Assembly: GCA_947259485.1 (NCBI GenBank)
Contig: CAMYLU010000002.1
Location: forward strand, 71,841 to 135,840
Length of the DNA stretch: 64,000 bases
Reading direction: 5' to 3'
From: an uncultured Gammaproteobacteria bacterium
Lineage (GTDB): Bacteria > Pseudomonadota > Gammaproteobacteria > GCA-001735895
Positions 1 to 10,182 of the stretch are shown in pieces; the stretch's first letter is position 1, and the number at the start of each line of letters is the position of its first letter. The notes below the pieces were generated by a model. That model saw only the letters and a program-made list of their open reading frames with translations. It searched no databases and had not been told where the DNA came from. Position numbers and translations under genes: made by a program.

Positions 1-761
1 ACAAGACATTTAGTATTCCGCACGGAGGTGGGGGTCCCGGCGTCGGTCCTATTGGTGTCAGGGAACATTTGAAACCATTCCTGCCATCCACCAGCCAGAA
101 CCACAACGGTGGTATAAACAAGGTCTCTGCTGCCCCGTTTGGCAGCGCCGGTATCCTGCCAATCAGCTGGGCATACATCTCGCTGCTCGGACGTGACGGC
201 TTACCCAAGGCAACCGCAACCGCAATTTTAAACGCGAACTATATTGCGAAGCGCTTAAACGACCATTTTCCGATACTCTACACTGGGCCCAATGGACTCG
301 TTGCACACGAATGTATTATCGATACTCGCGTGGTCAAGGATAGCGGAATCACCGTGGATGATATCGCCAAGCGCCTGATCGACTATGGTTTTCACGCCCC
401 GACCATGTCATTCCCGGTCCCCGGCACCTTGATGATCGAGCCGACCGAGTCGGAATCCAAGGAGGAAATCGATCGCTTTTGCGAGGCGATGATCTCGATT
501 CGAAATGAAATTCGTGAAATCCAGGATGGCAGCATGGATGCCGAAGACAATCCTCTGAAAAATGCACCGCACACGGTTGATATGGTTTGTGCAGACGAGT
601 GGACTCACGCTTATAGCCGCGAACAGGCGGCTTACCCGCTGGCTTCGCTGCGTGCCTACAAGTACTGGTCGCCCGTGGGCCGGGTGGATAATGTTTTTGG
701 TGACACGCACCTGATCTGCTCCTGCCCACCGCTGTCGGCTTACGCCGACGACGAAGCGTAA
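1..761 (+). CDS. gcvP: Glycine dehydrogenase (decarboxylating), glycine cleavage P protein, C-terminal fragment. The gene begins upstream of the window.
   Basis: The open frame runs from the window edge. The translation matches the conserved C-terminal region of GcvP/GcvPB (e.g. '...HECIIDTR...[25 protein letters not shown]...'). Confidence 0.85.
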   Translation, partial: KTFSIPHGGGGPGVGPIGVREHLKPFLPSTSQNHNGGINKVSAAPFGSAGILPISWAYISLLGRDGLPKATATAILNANYIAKRLNDHFPILYTGPNGLVAHECIIDTRVVKDSGITVDDIAKRLIDYGFHAPTMSFPVPGTLMIEPTESESKEEIDRFCEAMISIRNEIREIQDGSMDAEDNPLKNAPHTVDMVCADEWTHAYSREQAAYPLASLRAYKYWSPVGRVDNVFGDTHLICSCPPLSAYADDEA

Positions 762-858
762 CCAGGCAACAGCGCGGCGTTTCCGGCAAGCATACTGGTG
801 CATTTAATGCCCTGCTCTGGCGTTATACTCCGGCCTTGCACTGAGATAGGATTGCCCC

Positions 859-2238
859 ATGGCGATTAGCGTTTTTGATCTGTTTTCAATTGGTATAGGG
901 CCGTCAAGCTCGCACACGGTCGGGCCGATGCGTGCCGCGCAAAAATTTGTCGAGGGCCTCAAGCAGGATAATTTGCTGGGCGAGGTGACGAAGGTTAAAG
1001 CCGACCTGTATGGCTCGCTTGGTGCTACCGGGAAGGGGCACGGCAGTGACAAGGCGGTGATGTTGGGTCTCGAGGGTGAGCTGCCTGAATCGGTCGATAC
1101 CGGCAGCGTCGAATCGCGGCTGGAGTCAATCCGCACAAGCGGGCAATTGAACCTGTTCGGCGAGCACCCGGTCAAGTTCGACGAGAAAAAACAGCTGGTC
1201 ATGCATCGTCGCGAAACCCTGCCGTTCCACTCCAACGGCATGACTTTTAGCGCCTTCAATGCAAAGGATGAGGAGCTGCGAAGCTCCACTTTCTACTCGG
1301 TTGGCGGCGGTTTCATCGTAGACGAAAGCGCACAGGGCAGCGATCGCATCGTCGAGGACGACACTAAACAGCCTTATCCGTTTTTAAGCGCGGTCGACCT
1401 GCTGATTCATTGCGCCAACCACGATATGTCGATCAGCGACGTGATGATGGAAAACGAAAAAGCCTGGCGTAGCGAGGAAGAAATTCGCCACGGGCTGCTC
1501 GAGATCTGGAAAGTAATGCGCAGTTGCGTCAACAATGGTTGTCGTAACGAGGGCATTTTACCGGGCGGCATGAAGGTCAAGCGACGCGCTGCAGATTTGC
1601 ATCGCAAATTGAGAGGACAACCCGGCATTACCTATAAAGATCCCCTGGTGACGCTCGATTGGGTCAATCTATGGGCGCTTGCAGTAAACGAAGAAAACGC
1701 GGCCGGTGGGCGCGTGGTGACCGCACCAACCAACGGTGCCGCGGGGATCATTCCAGCGGTCATGCACTACTACCAGCACTTTTACCCGGCGGCCGAAGAA
1801 GATGGTATCGTACGTTTTTTACTGACCGCGGGTGCGATCGGCATTTTGTACAAGGAAAATGCGTCCATTTCGGGTGCCGAGGTCGGCTGCCAGGGTGAGG
1901 TCGGCAGTGCCTGCTCGATGGCGGCGGGGGCATTGACCGAGGTCCTCGGCGGCACCCCGGAACAGGTTGAAAACGCGGCCGAGATCGGCATGGAACATAA
2001 CCTGGGATTGACCTGCGATCCGGTGGGCGGGCTGGTACAGGTGCCCTGCATCGAACGTAATGCAATGGCATCGGTCAAGGCGATTAATGCCGCACGTATC
2101 TCGATGCGCGGCGACGGCCAGCATTTCGTATCGCTCGACAAGGTCATCAAAACCATGCGTGAAACCGGTGCCGATATGAAAACCAAGTACAAGGAAACCG
2201 CGCGCGGCGGTCTCGCAGTGAATATCATCGAATGTTGA
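859..2238 (+). CDS. sdaA: L-serine dehydratase, single-chain Fe-S type.
   Basis: 459 aa. N-terminus '[24 protein letters not shown]' and overall length are typical of SdaA/SdaB. Confidence 0.9.
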   Translation: MAISVFDLFSIGIGPSSSHTVGPMRAAQKFVEGLKQDNLLGEVTKVKADLYGSLGATGKGHGSDKAVMLGLEGELPESVDTGSVESRLESIRTSGQLNLFGEHPVKFDEKKQLVMHRRETLPFHSNGMTFSAFNAKDEELRSSTFYSVGGGFIVDESAQGSDRIVEDDTKQPYPFLSAVDLLIHCANHDMSISDVMMENEKAWRSEEEIRHGLLEIWKVMRSCVNNGCRNEGILPGGMKVKRRAADLHRKLRGQPGITYKDPLVTLDWVNLWALAVNEENAAGGRVVTAPTNGAAGIIPAVMHYYQHFYPAAEEDGIVRFLLTAGAIGILYKENASISGAEVGCQGEVGSACSMAAGALTEVLGGTPEQVENAAEIGMEHNLGLTCDPVGGLVQVPCIERNAMASVKAINAARISMRGDGQHFVSLDKVIKTMRETGADMKTKYKETARGGLAVNIIEC

Positions 2239-3311
2239 GCGATCTGGAAACCTGGATGGCACCTTATCTCGAGGTGTTTGGCGATCATCCCTGGCTCAAG
2301 GCCGTGACAGTTGTCTTTGTCTTTCTCATTCTTGCCTGGATTTTCGACCATGTGATTATCGCCACGCTTAAACGACTTTCGGCGCGCACCCGTTTTACGC
2401 TTTATGACCAAATAATCAATAACTTGCACAAACCGATCCATGTCAGCGTGATACTGATCGGTTTGGCTCTTGCGGTCAACCTGCTGGCGCTCGAGGCTCC
2501 GTTGGCGGCCATCATTTATTCCAGCATTAAAACCATCGCATTTATCATCTGGAGCGTGTTTCTGATCCGGGTGGTGCGATCCACATTGCGAGCTGTCGCG
2601 GCCAGCGAAAAACGCGTCTCGATTTTGCATTCCCAAACCCTGCCGCTGTTTGAAAATATCGCCCTGATCATCATCGTCGTGCTTGCGGTGTATGTCATAT
2701 TCTCGGCCTGGAACATCGACATGACCGCGTGGCTGGCATCGGCCGGCATCGTCGGCATCGCCGTTGGTTTCGCCGCCAAGGACACCCTCGCCAACCTGTT
2801 TTCAGGGGTATTTATCATGGCTGACGCGCCTTACAAAATTGGCGATTTCGTGGTTCTGGAGACCGGCGAGCGAGGTGAGATTACCCATATCGGAATTCGC
2901 AGCACGCGCATGAGAACCCGCGACGATATCGAAATTACGGTGCCTAATTCGGTCATGGGCAATACCATGATTATCAACGAATCCGGCGGTCCCCATGAGA
3001 AATATCGAATCCGGGTCGCGGTCGGTGTTGCCTACGGATCCGATATCGACAAGGTGCGCGACATCCTGATGGACATTGCACTGAGCGACGAGGGGGTCTG
3101 TGAGGACCCGGAACCCAGGGTTCGATTCCGCGCTTTCGGCCCTTCCAGCCTCGATTTCGAGTTACTCTGCTGGATCGAGCAACCGGTATTGCGCGGCCGC
3201 GTACTCGACATCTTAAACAGTAAGGTTTACAAGCGCTTTATCGAAGAAAAGATCGAGATTCCCTACTCCAAGCACGACCTGTACATCAAGCAAATGCCGT
3301 CAGAGGAATAA
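2232..3311 (+). CDS. Small-conductance mechanosensitive channel (MscS family).
   Basis: N-terminal transmembrane helices followed by the MscS beta-domain region ('...[17 protein letters not shown]...[18 protein letters not shown]...'). The start may be the internal Met at 2256. Confidence 0.8.
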   Translation: MLSDLETWMAPYLEVFGDHPWLKAVTVVFVFLILAWIFDHVIIATLKRLSARTRFTLYDQIINNLHKPIHVSVILIGLALAVNLLALEAPLAAIIYSSIKTIAFIIWSVFLIRVVRSTLRAVAASEKRVSILHSQTLPLFENIALIIIVVLAVYVIFSAWNIDMTAWLASAGIVGIAVGFAAKDTLANLFSGVFIMADAPYKIGDFVVLETGERGEITHIGIRSTRMRTRDDIEITVPNSVMGNTMIINESGGPHEKYRIRVAVGVAYGSDIDKVRDILMDIALSDEGVCEDPEPRVRFRAFGPSSLDFELLCWIEQPVLRGRVLDILNSKVYKRFIEEKIEIPYSKHDLYIKQMPSEE

Positions 3312-3314
3312 CCG

Positions 3315-3515
3315 TCACCCCGACCCGCCGCTGATCAACTTAGACAGAATAAGCAAAAGACCCAGCACGATAAAGGCCGCGGCGATCACCGCCAGGCGGG
3401 CTACCGGTTCGGAAAATGCAATACGAGCGAGTACCGGGTTCTCGAGCCGGTCCTTTAGCCAGAACAGGCCGAGTATCGTCGATAACAGGGCAACGCCGGC
3501 CAGCAAAAAGTACAT
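3315..3515 (-). CDS. Small hypothetical membrane protein, 66 aa with two predicted TM helices.
   Basis: ORF lies between convergent gene ends. It is hydrophobic and there is no homology I can recall. Confidence 0.3.
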   Translation of the reverse strand: MYFLLAGVALLSTILGLFWLKDRLENPVLARIAFSEPVARLAVIAAAFIVLGLLLILSKLISGGSG

Positions 3516-3555
3516 CGTCAGCCAGGCTCCAGAAATCCGGATTTAAACGCCGGAT

Positions 3556-4908
3556 TTACTCTCCAAACACATCGACAACGGCATTGCGTACGCCGGCCAC
3601 CAGCTCATCGAGGGTGGCTTCGTCGGTGGTCAGCGGTGGCGCGATGCAGACCACTTCGCTGCGCATACGCGTAAACACGCCGTGATTGATCATTGCCCCG
3701 GTCATCTTCGGGCCGACGCCCCACTCGGGCGGATACCATGATTTGTTCGCCTTGTCTTCGACCAGTTCGACAGCACACATCATGCCCTTACCGCGCACAT
3801 TACCGACATGCGGATGTCCATCCAGCTCGTCGTGTAACTTCTCCAGCAAATACTCGCCTTTGCTGGCCGCCTGCCCTGGCAGGTCATGTTTTTCAATAAA
3901 GTCGAGTGTTGCCAGCCCGACTGCACAGGTAGTTGGATGGCCGCTGTAGGTATAGGCGTGCATCCACGGCTTGTCGCTACTGCGAATAGTTTCGGCAATT
4001 TCATCACTGATACCGATGCCGCCGAGCGGTAAATAGCCGGAGGTAATCGATTTGGCGAACTGTACCAGGTCGGGTTGCACGCCCCAGTGGTCAAGCGCGA
4101 ACATCTTTCCGGTTCGTCCAAAGGCGGTTATGACTTCATCGGCGACGAAAAGCACTTCGTACTTATCGCAAATTTCTCGAATGCGCGGAAAATAGTCGTC
4201 CGGCGGCACGATAACGCCACCGGCACCCTGCACCGGTTCGGCAATAAACATTGCCACGGTTTCAGGTCCCTGCGCGAGGATTTCCTTTTCCAATTCATTG
4301 GCCGCGGCGATTCCCAGCGAAGAACCGTCTTCCGGCACTGGGTAATGATAGGGATCGGGCGCCGGAATATGGCTGAAACCCGGAATCCGGGGCTCGAAAG
4401 AGGGCCAATAACCGGCTATCCCGGTGGCGCACATCGCCGCGAAGGTTACCCCGTGATAACCCCAGATTCGACTGATTACCTTGGTCTTTTCCGGTTTGCC
4501 TTTGGCCTTCCAGTAATATCGCGCAAGCTTGAAATTACTATCGGTGGATTCCCCACCGCCGGAGGTGAAATAGAAATTATTGATTTGCGGATAACACATG
4601 GCAGCAAGCCGGTCGGCAAGTTCGATCGCGGGAGGATTTGAACTACCGTTGTAGCTTGAGCAAAATGCCATCTCCCGCATCTGCTGCGATGCAGCGTCCG
4701 CCAGTTCCTCGCGGCCGTGGCCGCAGCTAACATTCCACAGGCAGGACAGGCCGTCGATGAAACGATTGCCGTCAGCATCGATCAGGTGAGACCCCTCGGC
4801 CTTCACCCAAACCCGTCCACCGGCATGCGCAGGGTTGTGATGCAGCGGATGAATCATATGCTCCTGATCTTTTTCGATAAAGGCACTATTACTGAGTGGG
4901 GCATTCAT
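3556..4908 (-). CDS. Class III (omega) aminotransferase, PLP-dependent.
   Basis: 450 aa. Motifs '...LFVADEVITAFGRTGKMFA...QPDLVQFAKSITSGYLPLGG' are diagnostic of aminotransferase class III. Confidence 0.85.
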   Translation of the reverse strand: MNAPLSNSAFIEKDQEHMIHPLHHNPAHAGGRVWVKAEGSHLIDADGNRFIDGLSCLWNVSCGHGREELADAASQQMREMAFCSSYNGSSNPPAIELADRLAAMCYPQINNFYFTSGGGESTDSNFKLARYYWKAKGKPEKTKVISRIWGYHGVTFAAMCATGIAGYWPSFEPRIPGFSHIPAPDPYHYPVPEDGSSLGIAAANELEKEILAQGPETVAMFIAEPVQGAGGVIVPPDDYFPRIREICDKYEVLFVADEVITAFGRTGKMFALDHWGVQPDLVQFAKSITSGYLPLGGIGISDEIAETIRSSDKPWMHAYTYSGHPTTCAVGLATLDFIEKHDLPGQAASKGEYLLEKLHDELDGHPHVGNVRGKGMMCAVELVEDKANKSWYPPEWGVGPKMTGAMINHGVFTRMRSEVVCIAPPLTTDEATLDELVAGVRNAVVDVFGE

Positions 4909-5167
4909 AGGATTAGTCTCTTTGCGGAATTAAACTCGACGACGCCCTGGGGACGCAACGAGAACTGTATTATAGGGGTTCGCCAGATTGATGGAACCCG
5001 CTTTGAAGGATTACTACAAGAAATTTTAGCGAGATATACCGACAGCCCACACCGCGACGATTTTTTCTCCTGGATTACCGTTAATCGTGGAACACTTTGC
5101 TGGACACGATACTGTCGCACATCCTGCTACCACGGACCTGGCAATGAAGTACCGGGAACACCCAGGC

Positions 5168-5560
5168 CTAATGTTTAACCGCTTCGTCAGCCTGCCCCGT
5201 ATTGTGCGAGCATTGTACCACCAGCCCGGCCATGGCCTGACTTTCTCCCAGGTATTGGGATATCTCGATGTTAACCTGAGGATTACCCGCCCTGGCACAC
5301 TCAATTTCTTTCGGAATATCTTCCGCAACGTGCCTGCCCGCGGCAAGAAAATAAGGCATTGCGACGATCGTGTCCGCTCCCAGCTCAACGCAGCGTTCGA
5401 CACCCTGGTGGATATCGGGCTCGGCAAACTCGAGAAAAGCCGGAACTACCGCACCATATTCGCTGTCTTCAAGTTTCGAGATTTGCTCGGCAAGTCGGCT
5501 CACCTCGTCATTTGCGGCCTGCTTACGACTGCCGTGTGCGATTAACATTAAAACTTTCAT
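5168..5560 (-). CDS. CbiX/SirB-like chelatase-domain protein.
   Basis: 130 aa. 'MKVLMLIAHGSR...' followed by a conserved acidic or His pattern resembles the short CbiX family. Confidence 0.65.
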   Translation of the reverse strand: MKVLMLIAHGSRKQAANDEVSRLAEQISKLEDSEYGAVVPAFLEFAEPDIHQGVERCVELGADTIVAMPYFLAAGRHVAEDIPKEIECARAGNPQVNIEISQYLGESQAMAGLVVQCSHNTGQADEAVKH

Positions 5561-5958
5561 GATTCAGGTCCCGTGTAACATGCGTATTTCCAGGTTTGCG
5601 CCGAAAAAGACTTTCCCGCTTTCGAGCTTATCTCACCCGGGGGAACCAGGTCCATGACTCGATACCAGGCTTTTGTACCGCCATATTATACGTCCAGGCG
5701 GCAGATTTGGATTTTTCCGTCGGACCGATTTCAAGGATTGCCCTGGCCGAACATAGCAAGCCTGCCCGTAAATCAACGCGTTCAGATCCCAGGTTTTGTG
5801 CTTCAGAATCGGGTAACAAGAAGTTGGAAAGTGTTACCCGGCTTTCGTCTTGTCGCTTGAACCCTGCCCTGTATCTATTTACAGTGAGCGGAATATGGCA
5901 AGCCTGGCTGGCATGACAAAACATCAACAGGCATACGAAACGGTGTTTTTATAACCCA

Positions 5959-6564
5959 TTGAACCAACCAATGAAACCACTAAAAGCGCTGTTGTCGGAA
6001 GTTGCCAGTTGTCGGATATGCGAACCGGGTTTACCCCTCGGAGCGAAGCCGGTACTGCAGTGCTCGACATCTGCCAAAGTCCTGATCGCCGGACAGGCAC
6101 CCGGCAGTAAAGTACATGCCAGCGGTATTCCCTTCGACGATCCAAGTGGAGATCGACTGCGTGACTGGATGGGGATCAGCCGCAAAACTTTCTATAATGC
6201 TGCCAAGATTGCCATTCTACCGATGGGGTTTTGCTATCCCGGTACCGGTAAATCAGGCGACCTGCCACCGCGTCTCGAATGCGCGCCCCAATGGCGTACA
6301 TCACTGCTTGCCCAAATGAAACAAATCGAACTGACACTGGTCATGGGGCAATACGCGCAACAGTACCACTTCGACCCGGGTTCGAGTTCGCTAACCGAAC
6401 TGGTGAAGTCCTGGCAGGATTACTGGCCCGCCATGATACCCCTACCGCACCCGAGCCCGAGGAACAATCGCTGGCTTAAAACGAATCCCTGGTTCGAAAC
6501 CGAGGTCCTGCCGGAATTGAAAACCCGGATAAAACAAGTGTTGAAAGGCCAAATCGATGAGTGA
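5959..6564 (+). CDS. Uracil-DNA glycosylase superfamily protein.
   Basis: 'CRICEPG...LIAGQAPG...' is a UDG family 4/5-like motif. Length is about 200 aa. The start could be the Met at 5971. Confidence 0.65.
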   Translation: MNQPMKPLKALLSEVASCRICEPGLPLGAKPVLQCSTSAKVLIAGQAPGSKVHASGIPFDDPSGDRLRDWMGISRKTFYNAAKIAILPMGFCYPGTGKSGDLPPRLECAPQWRTSLLAQMKQIELTLVMGQYAQQYHFDPGSSSLTELVKSWQDYWPAMIPLPHPSPRNNRWLKTNPWFETEVLPELKTRIKQVLKGQIDE

Positions 6565-7960
6565 TGAAATTCGCAAGCGCATGTTTCGTGAAATGGAACA
6601 GAAAACCATCTTTGACGAGGCCCGCGATGCCGCCTACAACTATGCCGACCAGGCCCTGCAGCGCAACGTCTTTCCAACCCCGGAGGCAATCGAGAATCTG
6701 GCTCGCTTTGATCAGCCACTTCCCGACGATCCAGGTGATGCGCACCAAATCCTGGACCAACTCAATGCCTTCGGATCACCCGCCACCGTGGCCCAGATCG
6801 GCGGGCGTTACTTCGGCCTGGTTAACGGCGGCATAATACCAGCGACACTCGCGGTGCGTTGGCTGACGGATTTCTGGGATCAGAATACACCGCTGTACCT
6901 GTCATCGCCGGTTGCATCGCGATTGGAAGAAATCACCGAAGCCTGGCTGCGGGAACTTTTCGACTTACCAGAATCGACTGTTGCCGGTTATGTGAGCGGT
7001 TCGTCGATGTCGATTTTTTGTGGCTTGGCGGCGGCCAGGCAGAGGAATTTTGAACACCTGGGCTGGGATATAAACCGCAAGGGTTTTGCTGATGCGCCGC
7101 GATTACGTGTCATCACCGGCCAACAGGCCCACGGCACCGTATCGAAAGCAATAGCGCTGCTTGGCTTCGGTATCGACAATGTCGAATGGGTCAATACCGA
7201 CGACCAGGGCAGAATAGCTAGCGACGCCGTTCCCGAACTTGATCAATCGACCATCCTGGTCTTACAGGCCGGTAACGTGAACTCAGGTGCTTTCGATGAT
7301 TTTTCGACCCTGTGCGCTAAAGCCCGGCAGGCCGGGGCCTGGGTACATGTGGACGGCGCATTCGGCCTGTGGGCGGCGGCCAGCCAACAACTGAAACACC
7401 TGACCGCGGGCATTGAACTCGCAGACTCGTGGTCGTTCGACGGCCACAAAACCCTGAACACACCTTACGATAGCGGCGTCATCATGTGTCGCGACCGCGA
7501 TGCCCTGGTAAACGCGTTACACGCTTCGGGTGCTTATATCGTCTACAGCGACAACCGCGATGGTATGTTGCATACACCGGAAATGTCTCGCCGTGCAAGG
7601 GTTTGCGAACTTTGGGCAGCGCTGAAATATCTGGGCAGGTCCGGTATCGACGAGCTGGTATCTGGATTTCACTTGCGCGCTCGACAATTCGCCCGGGAAC
7701 TGGAACAACAAGGCTTTGAAATTCTCAATGATGTCGTCTTCAACCAGGTACTGGTGGCTTGCGGGAGTGATACCTTAACGACTGAAACGATACACAATAT
7801 TCAACAATCCGGTGAATGCTGGGTCGGTGGCACCCAGTGGCAGCAACGTAGCGTCATTCGCGTCAGTGTTTGCTCCTGGGCGACCACGCCGGAAGATGTT
7901 TCGCGCTCGGTAAGGGCTTTCGTAGAAGCACGCGAGCAGGCACGCAGCACCTCGGTATGA
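6557..7960 (+). CDS. PLP-dependent group II amino-acid decarboxylase family protein.
   Basis: 'HVDGAFGLWAAAS' and 'SWSFDGHKTLNTPYDSG', the Lys-PLP motif of group II decarboxylases. 467 aa. Confidence 0.75.
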   Translation: MSDEIRKRMFREMEQKTIFDEARDAAYNYADQALQRNVFPTPEAIENLARFDQPLPDDPGDAHQILDQLNAFGSPATVAQIGGRYFGLVNGGIIPATLAVRWLTDFWDQNTPLYLSSPVASRLEEITEAWLRELFDLPESTVAGYVSGSSMSIFCGLAAARQRNFEHLGWDINRKGFADAPRLRVITGQQAHGTVSKAIALLGFGIDNVEWVNTDDQGRIASDAVPELDQSTILVLQAGNVNSGAFDDFSTLCAKARQAGAWVHVDGAFGLWAAASQQLKHLTAGIELADSWSFDGHKTLNTPYDSGVIMCRDRDALVNALHASGAYIVYSDNRDGMLHTPEMSRRARVCELWAALKYLGRSGIDELVSGFHLRARQFARELEQQGFEILNDVVFNQVLVACGSDTLTTETIHNIQQSGECWVGGTQWQQRSVIRVSVCSWATTPEDVSRSVRAFVEAREQARSTSV

Positions 7961-8580
7961 GCCCGGATAGCTTTATTTTACTGGTAGTCGCCTGTCTCGC
8001 GGTAAACCTGACGCCCGGACCCTCGGTACTGTTGGTGACATCGTTGAGTGCAGCGCGTGGGTTTAGGGCGGGCGTGTTTGCGGTTCTCGGAATGACAGCT
8101 GGTGCTTTCGTTCACGTGGTACTGGCCGCGAGTGGTGTTGCCGCTGCGCTTGCAACGGCACCGCTTGCTTTCACCATAGTCCAATACCTGGGCGCGGCCT
8201 ACCTGATTTATCTTGGCATCGACCTGTTCCGGGGCAAACGAGAAATCGCGAAAACAGCTTTTTACCAGGACGGCGTAAACAGCTGGCAATACTTTCGCCG
8301 CGGCCTACTGGTCGATGCGCTCAACCCCAAGATAGCACTCTTCTTTCTCGCTTTTATCCCGCAATTTTTAACTTCGGTGGAAAACCCGGGATTCCTCATA
8401 TCGCTTGCGCTGGGCTCGGTATTCCTGGTCACCGGTGCCGTCGTTAATGGATCGCTTGCCTGGCTGGTTGCCGCCGGGACTACCCGTGCGCAGGGCAGAT
8501 CCCAGGAATGGCTGCAGCGCTGGATACCGGGCAGCGTTTTAATCTTCCTGGGTTTGCGCCTGCTGTGGCAGGAAAATTAG
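7957..8580 (+). CDS. LysE/RhtB family amino-acid exporter.
   Basis: Start corrected to the internal Met 'MSPDSFILLVVACLAVNLTPGPSVLLV', which overlaps the upstream stop as ATGA. Six-TM topology typical of LysE. Confidence 0.8.
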   Translation: MSPDSFILLVVACLAVNLTPGPSVLLVTSLSAARGFRAGVFAVLGMTAGAFVHVVLAASGVAAALATAPLAFTIVQYLGAAYLIYLGIDLFRGKREIAKTAFYQDGVNSWQYFRRGLLVDALNPKIALFFLAFIPQFLTSVENPGFLISLALGSVFLVTGAVVNGSLAWLVAAGTTRAQGRSQEWLQRWIPGSVLIFLGLRLLWQEN

Positions 8581-8721
8581 TGCTCTTTCAATATTATAAT
8601 TGCGGATTCAGCGTCCCTGTGCTGTTCCGCAGCAAGGCGCAGTGCGAAGCGCAAGGGCCATTCCCTTGCCGTGAACGTTGACAAGCTTACTGAACTCGCA
8701 ATTATAATGTTGAAAGAGCAC
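8580..8721. repeat. 25-bp near-perfect inverted repeat, 'gtgctctttcaatattataattgcg' and its reverse complement, flanking a 92-bp GC-rich spacer. Occupies the whole gap between two convergent genes.
   Basis: Read directly. The arms are 8580-8604 and 8697-8721, with 1 mismatch in 25. Confidence 0.6.
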
Positions 8722-9083
8722 TAGTTACGCCCCGGGATATCGACGATAAATTCCTCGCTGCTGTAACCATGCTTCGAATCCCGGGCCCGTATTTTAACCT
8801 TGTTAATACCCTGCGGAATCAGAACCCCTGACAGCGACCGGGTAAAAGGTTGTTCATTATCGTGCGGGTGATGCAGTACCCGGGATTTCAAAACCTTATC
8901 CTCCAGGGTAACCACATCCCATTGATTGGCATAATGATTCCAACCCTGGTCCGCATGCTCGAGCGTTACCGTAAAAGTACAGCTACCGGGGCATTCCACG
9001 CTGACTTCGAGAATGCTGACCTGGCCGGCATGGCTACTCGAAGACAGCAACAAGAATCCCGCAATTAATTTCTTCATCGGCAT
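8721..9083 (-). CDS. Hypothetical secreted protein, 120 aa.
   Basis: N-terminal signal peptide 'MPMKKLIAGFLLLSSSSHAG'. No family recognised. Confidence 0.5.
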   Translation of the reverse strand: MPMKKLIAGFLLLSSSSHAGQVSILEVSVECPGSCTFTVTLEHADQGWNHYANQWDVVTLEDKVLKSRVLHHPHDNEQPFTRSLSGVLIPQGINKVKIRARDSKHGYSSEEFIVDIPGRN

Positions 9084-9092
9084 GTTCCTCCA

Positions 9093-9398
9093 TCACTCAC
9101 AGGCGTGACCGCAGTTCCAGCAAATTCGAAACGTCGCATCATTTTTCTCTCCGCATTTACTACAAAACCAGGCGTCTGTTTCAGCACCTGCAAGAATATC
9201 TTTCACAATAGCCTGTGCCTGGGACAGTTTTGATTCGTCCTCAATCCACAGCTCGGGCCAGGTATCGAAAGTGGGCAGATCTCCTGCACCACCCGCGGCA
9301 AACTCGTTGACCACGACCGTTTCGATGCCCTCCCCCTGCAACACGTTTTTCATATTGAACACGATCATGCGATTTTCATGCGTGTAAACTTTTTTCAT
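9093..9398 (-). CDS. DUF2007-like protein with a C-terminal zinc ribbon.
   Basis: 101 aa with C-terminal 'CSKCG...CWNCGH' (CxxC-x15-CxxC). The start overlaps the djlA stop. Confidence 0.5.
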   Translation of the reverse strand: MKKVYTHENRMIVFNMKNVLQGEGIETVVVNEFAAGGAGDLPTFDTWPELWIEDESKLSQAQAIVKDILAGAETDAWFCSKCGEKNDATFRICWNCGHACE

Positions 9399-10180
9399 GA
9401 ATTGCGGGTTTTTCGTACCAGATCGTAAGCAGCCTTGATCTGCTGGGTTTTCTCGGTCGCGTCCTGGATCATTTGCTCGGGCAAGCCTTTCGCCACCAGT
9501 TTATCCGGATGGTGTTGCGACATTAAACGACGATAACTCTTCTTCAGTTCGGCATCGCTCACGCTGTCGTTGACTCCGAGCAGTCGATAGGCATCCTTTA
9601 GCGATGTCCTGGCTGTCGCCGGATCATAATCACTGCGCCCGAAACCGGCCCGTAACATTTCCTCCAGGCGATCCAGCTGCGCGGCAGGGATCCCAAGATG
9701 CTCGCAGATTCCGATCAGCGCCTCTTTCTCCGCGGGATGCATAACGCCATCGGCATAAGCCGCCTGAAGCTGGATTTCGAGAAACATCTGGATCAGCGTT
9801 GTGCGTCGATGCGTCTCGCGCCGGAACTGCTCCATGACTTCATCGATGGGAAAGTCGCTGGCCTTACCTTCACTGAACAGTTTCTTTGCCGAACTGCGCA
9901 TTTCAGCACTGAGACCGAGGCGATCCATGACTGCCTCGGCGAGGTCTATTTCATCGCGCGTGACCTTCCCATCCACCTTGGCGATGTAACCCATTACCGA
10001 GAAAGTAGCGGTGAAGAATGCCGCCTGGGTGCGCTCCTGATCGGCACCCACTTCGCCTGCGCCAAGCCCGGTCATGCCGCGATCGAAGCTATGGCCAAAG
10101 GCGATACCCATCAGGGCTCCGAGCGGCCCGCCTATCATGAATCCGAATGCGCCTCCGAGCGCTTTACCCCACCAGGCCAT
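9395..10180 (-). CDS. djlA: Co-chaperone DjlA (DnaJ-like membrane protein).
   Basis: N-terminal Gly-rich TM helix, central TerB-like region and C-terminal J domain '...DAYRLLGVNDSVSDAELKKSYRRLMSQHHPDK'. Confidence 0.8.
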   Translation of the reverse strand: MAWWGKALGGAFGFMIGGPLGALMGIAFGHSFDRGMTGLGAGEVGADQERTQAAFFTATFSVMGYIAKVDGKVTRDEIDLAEAVMDRLGLSAEMRSSAKKLFSEGKASDFPIDEVMEQFRRETHRRTTLIQMFLEIQLQAAYADGVMHPAEKEALIGICEHLGIPAAQLDRLEEMLRAGFGRSDYDPATARTSLKDAYRLLGVNDSVSDAELKKSYRRLMSQHHPDKLVAKGLPEQMIQDATEKTQQIKAAYDLVRKTRNS

Positions 10181-10182
10181 GC

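Noticed and set aside
1782-2636. 284-aa minus-strand ORF overlapping sdaA and the mscS-like gene.
   Set aside because: It is antisense to two well-supported genes. The composition is rich in Arg, Pro, Ala and Ser.
5561-5958. Possible cobalamin riboswitch upstream of the CbiX-like gene.
   Set aside because: I could not find a B12-box (GCCACUG-like) or the conserved GGUGC/GAAGG elements on either strand. It is kept only as an unexplained long gap, pending an Infernal scan.
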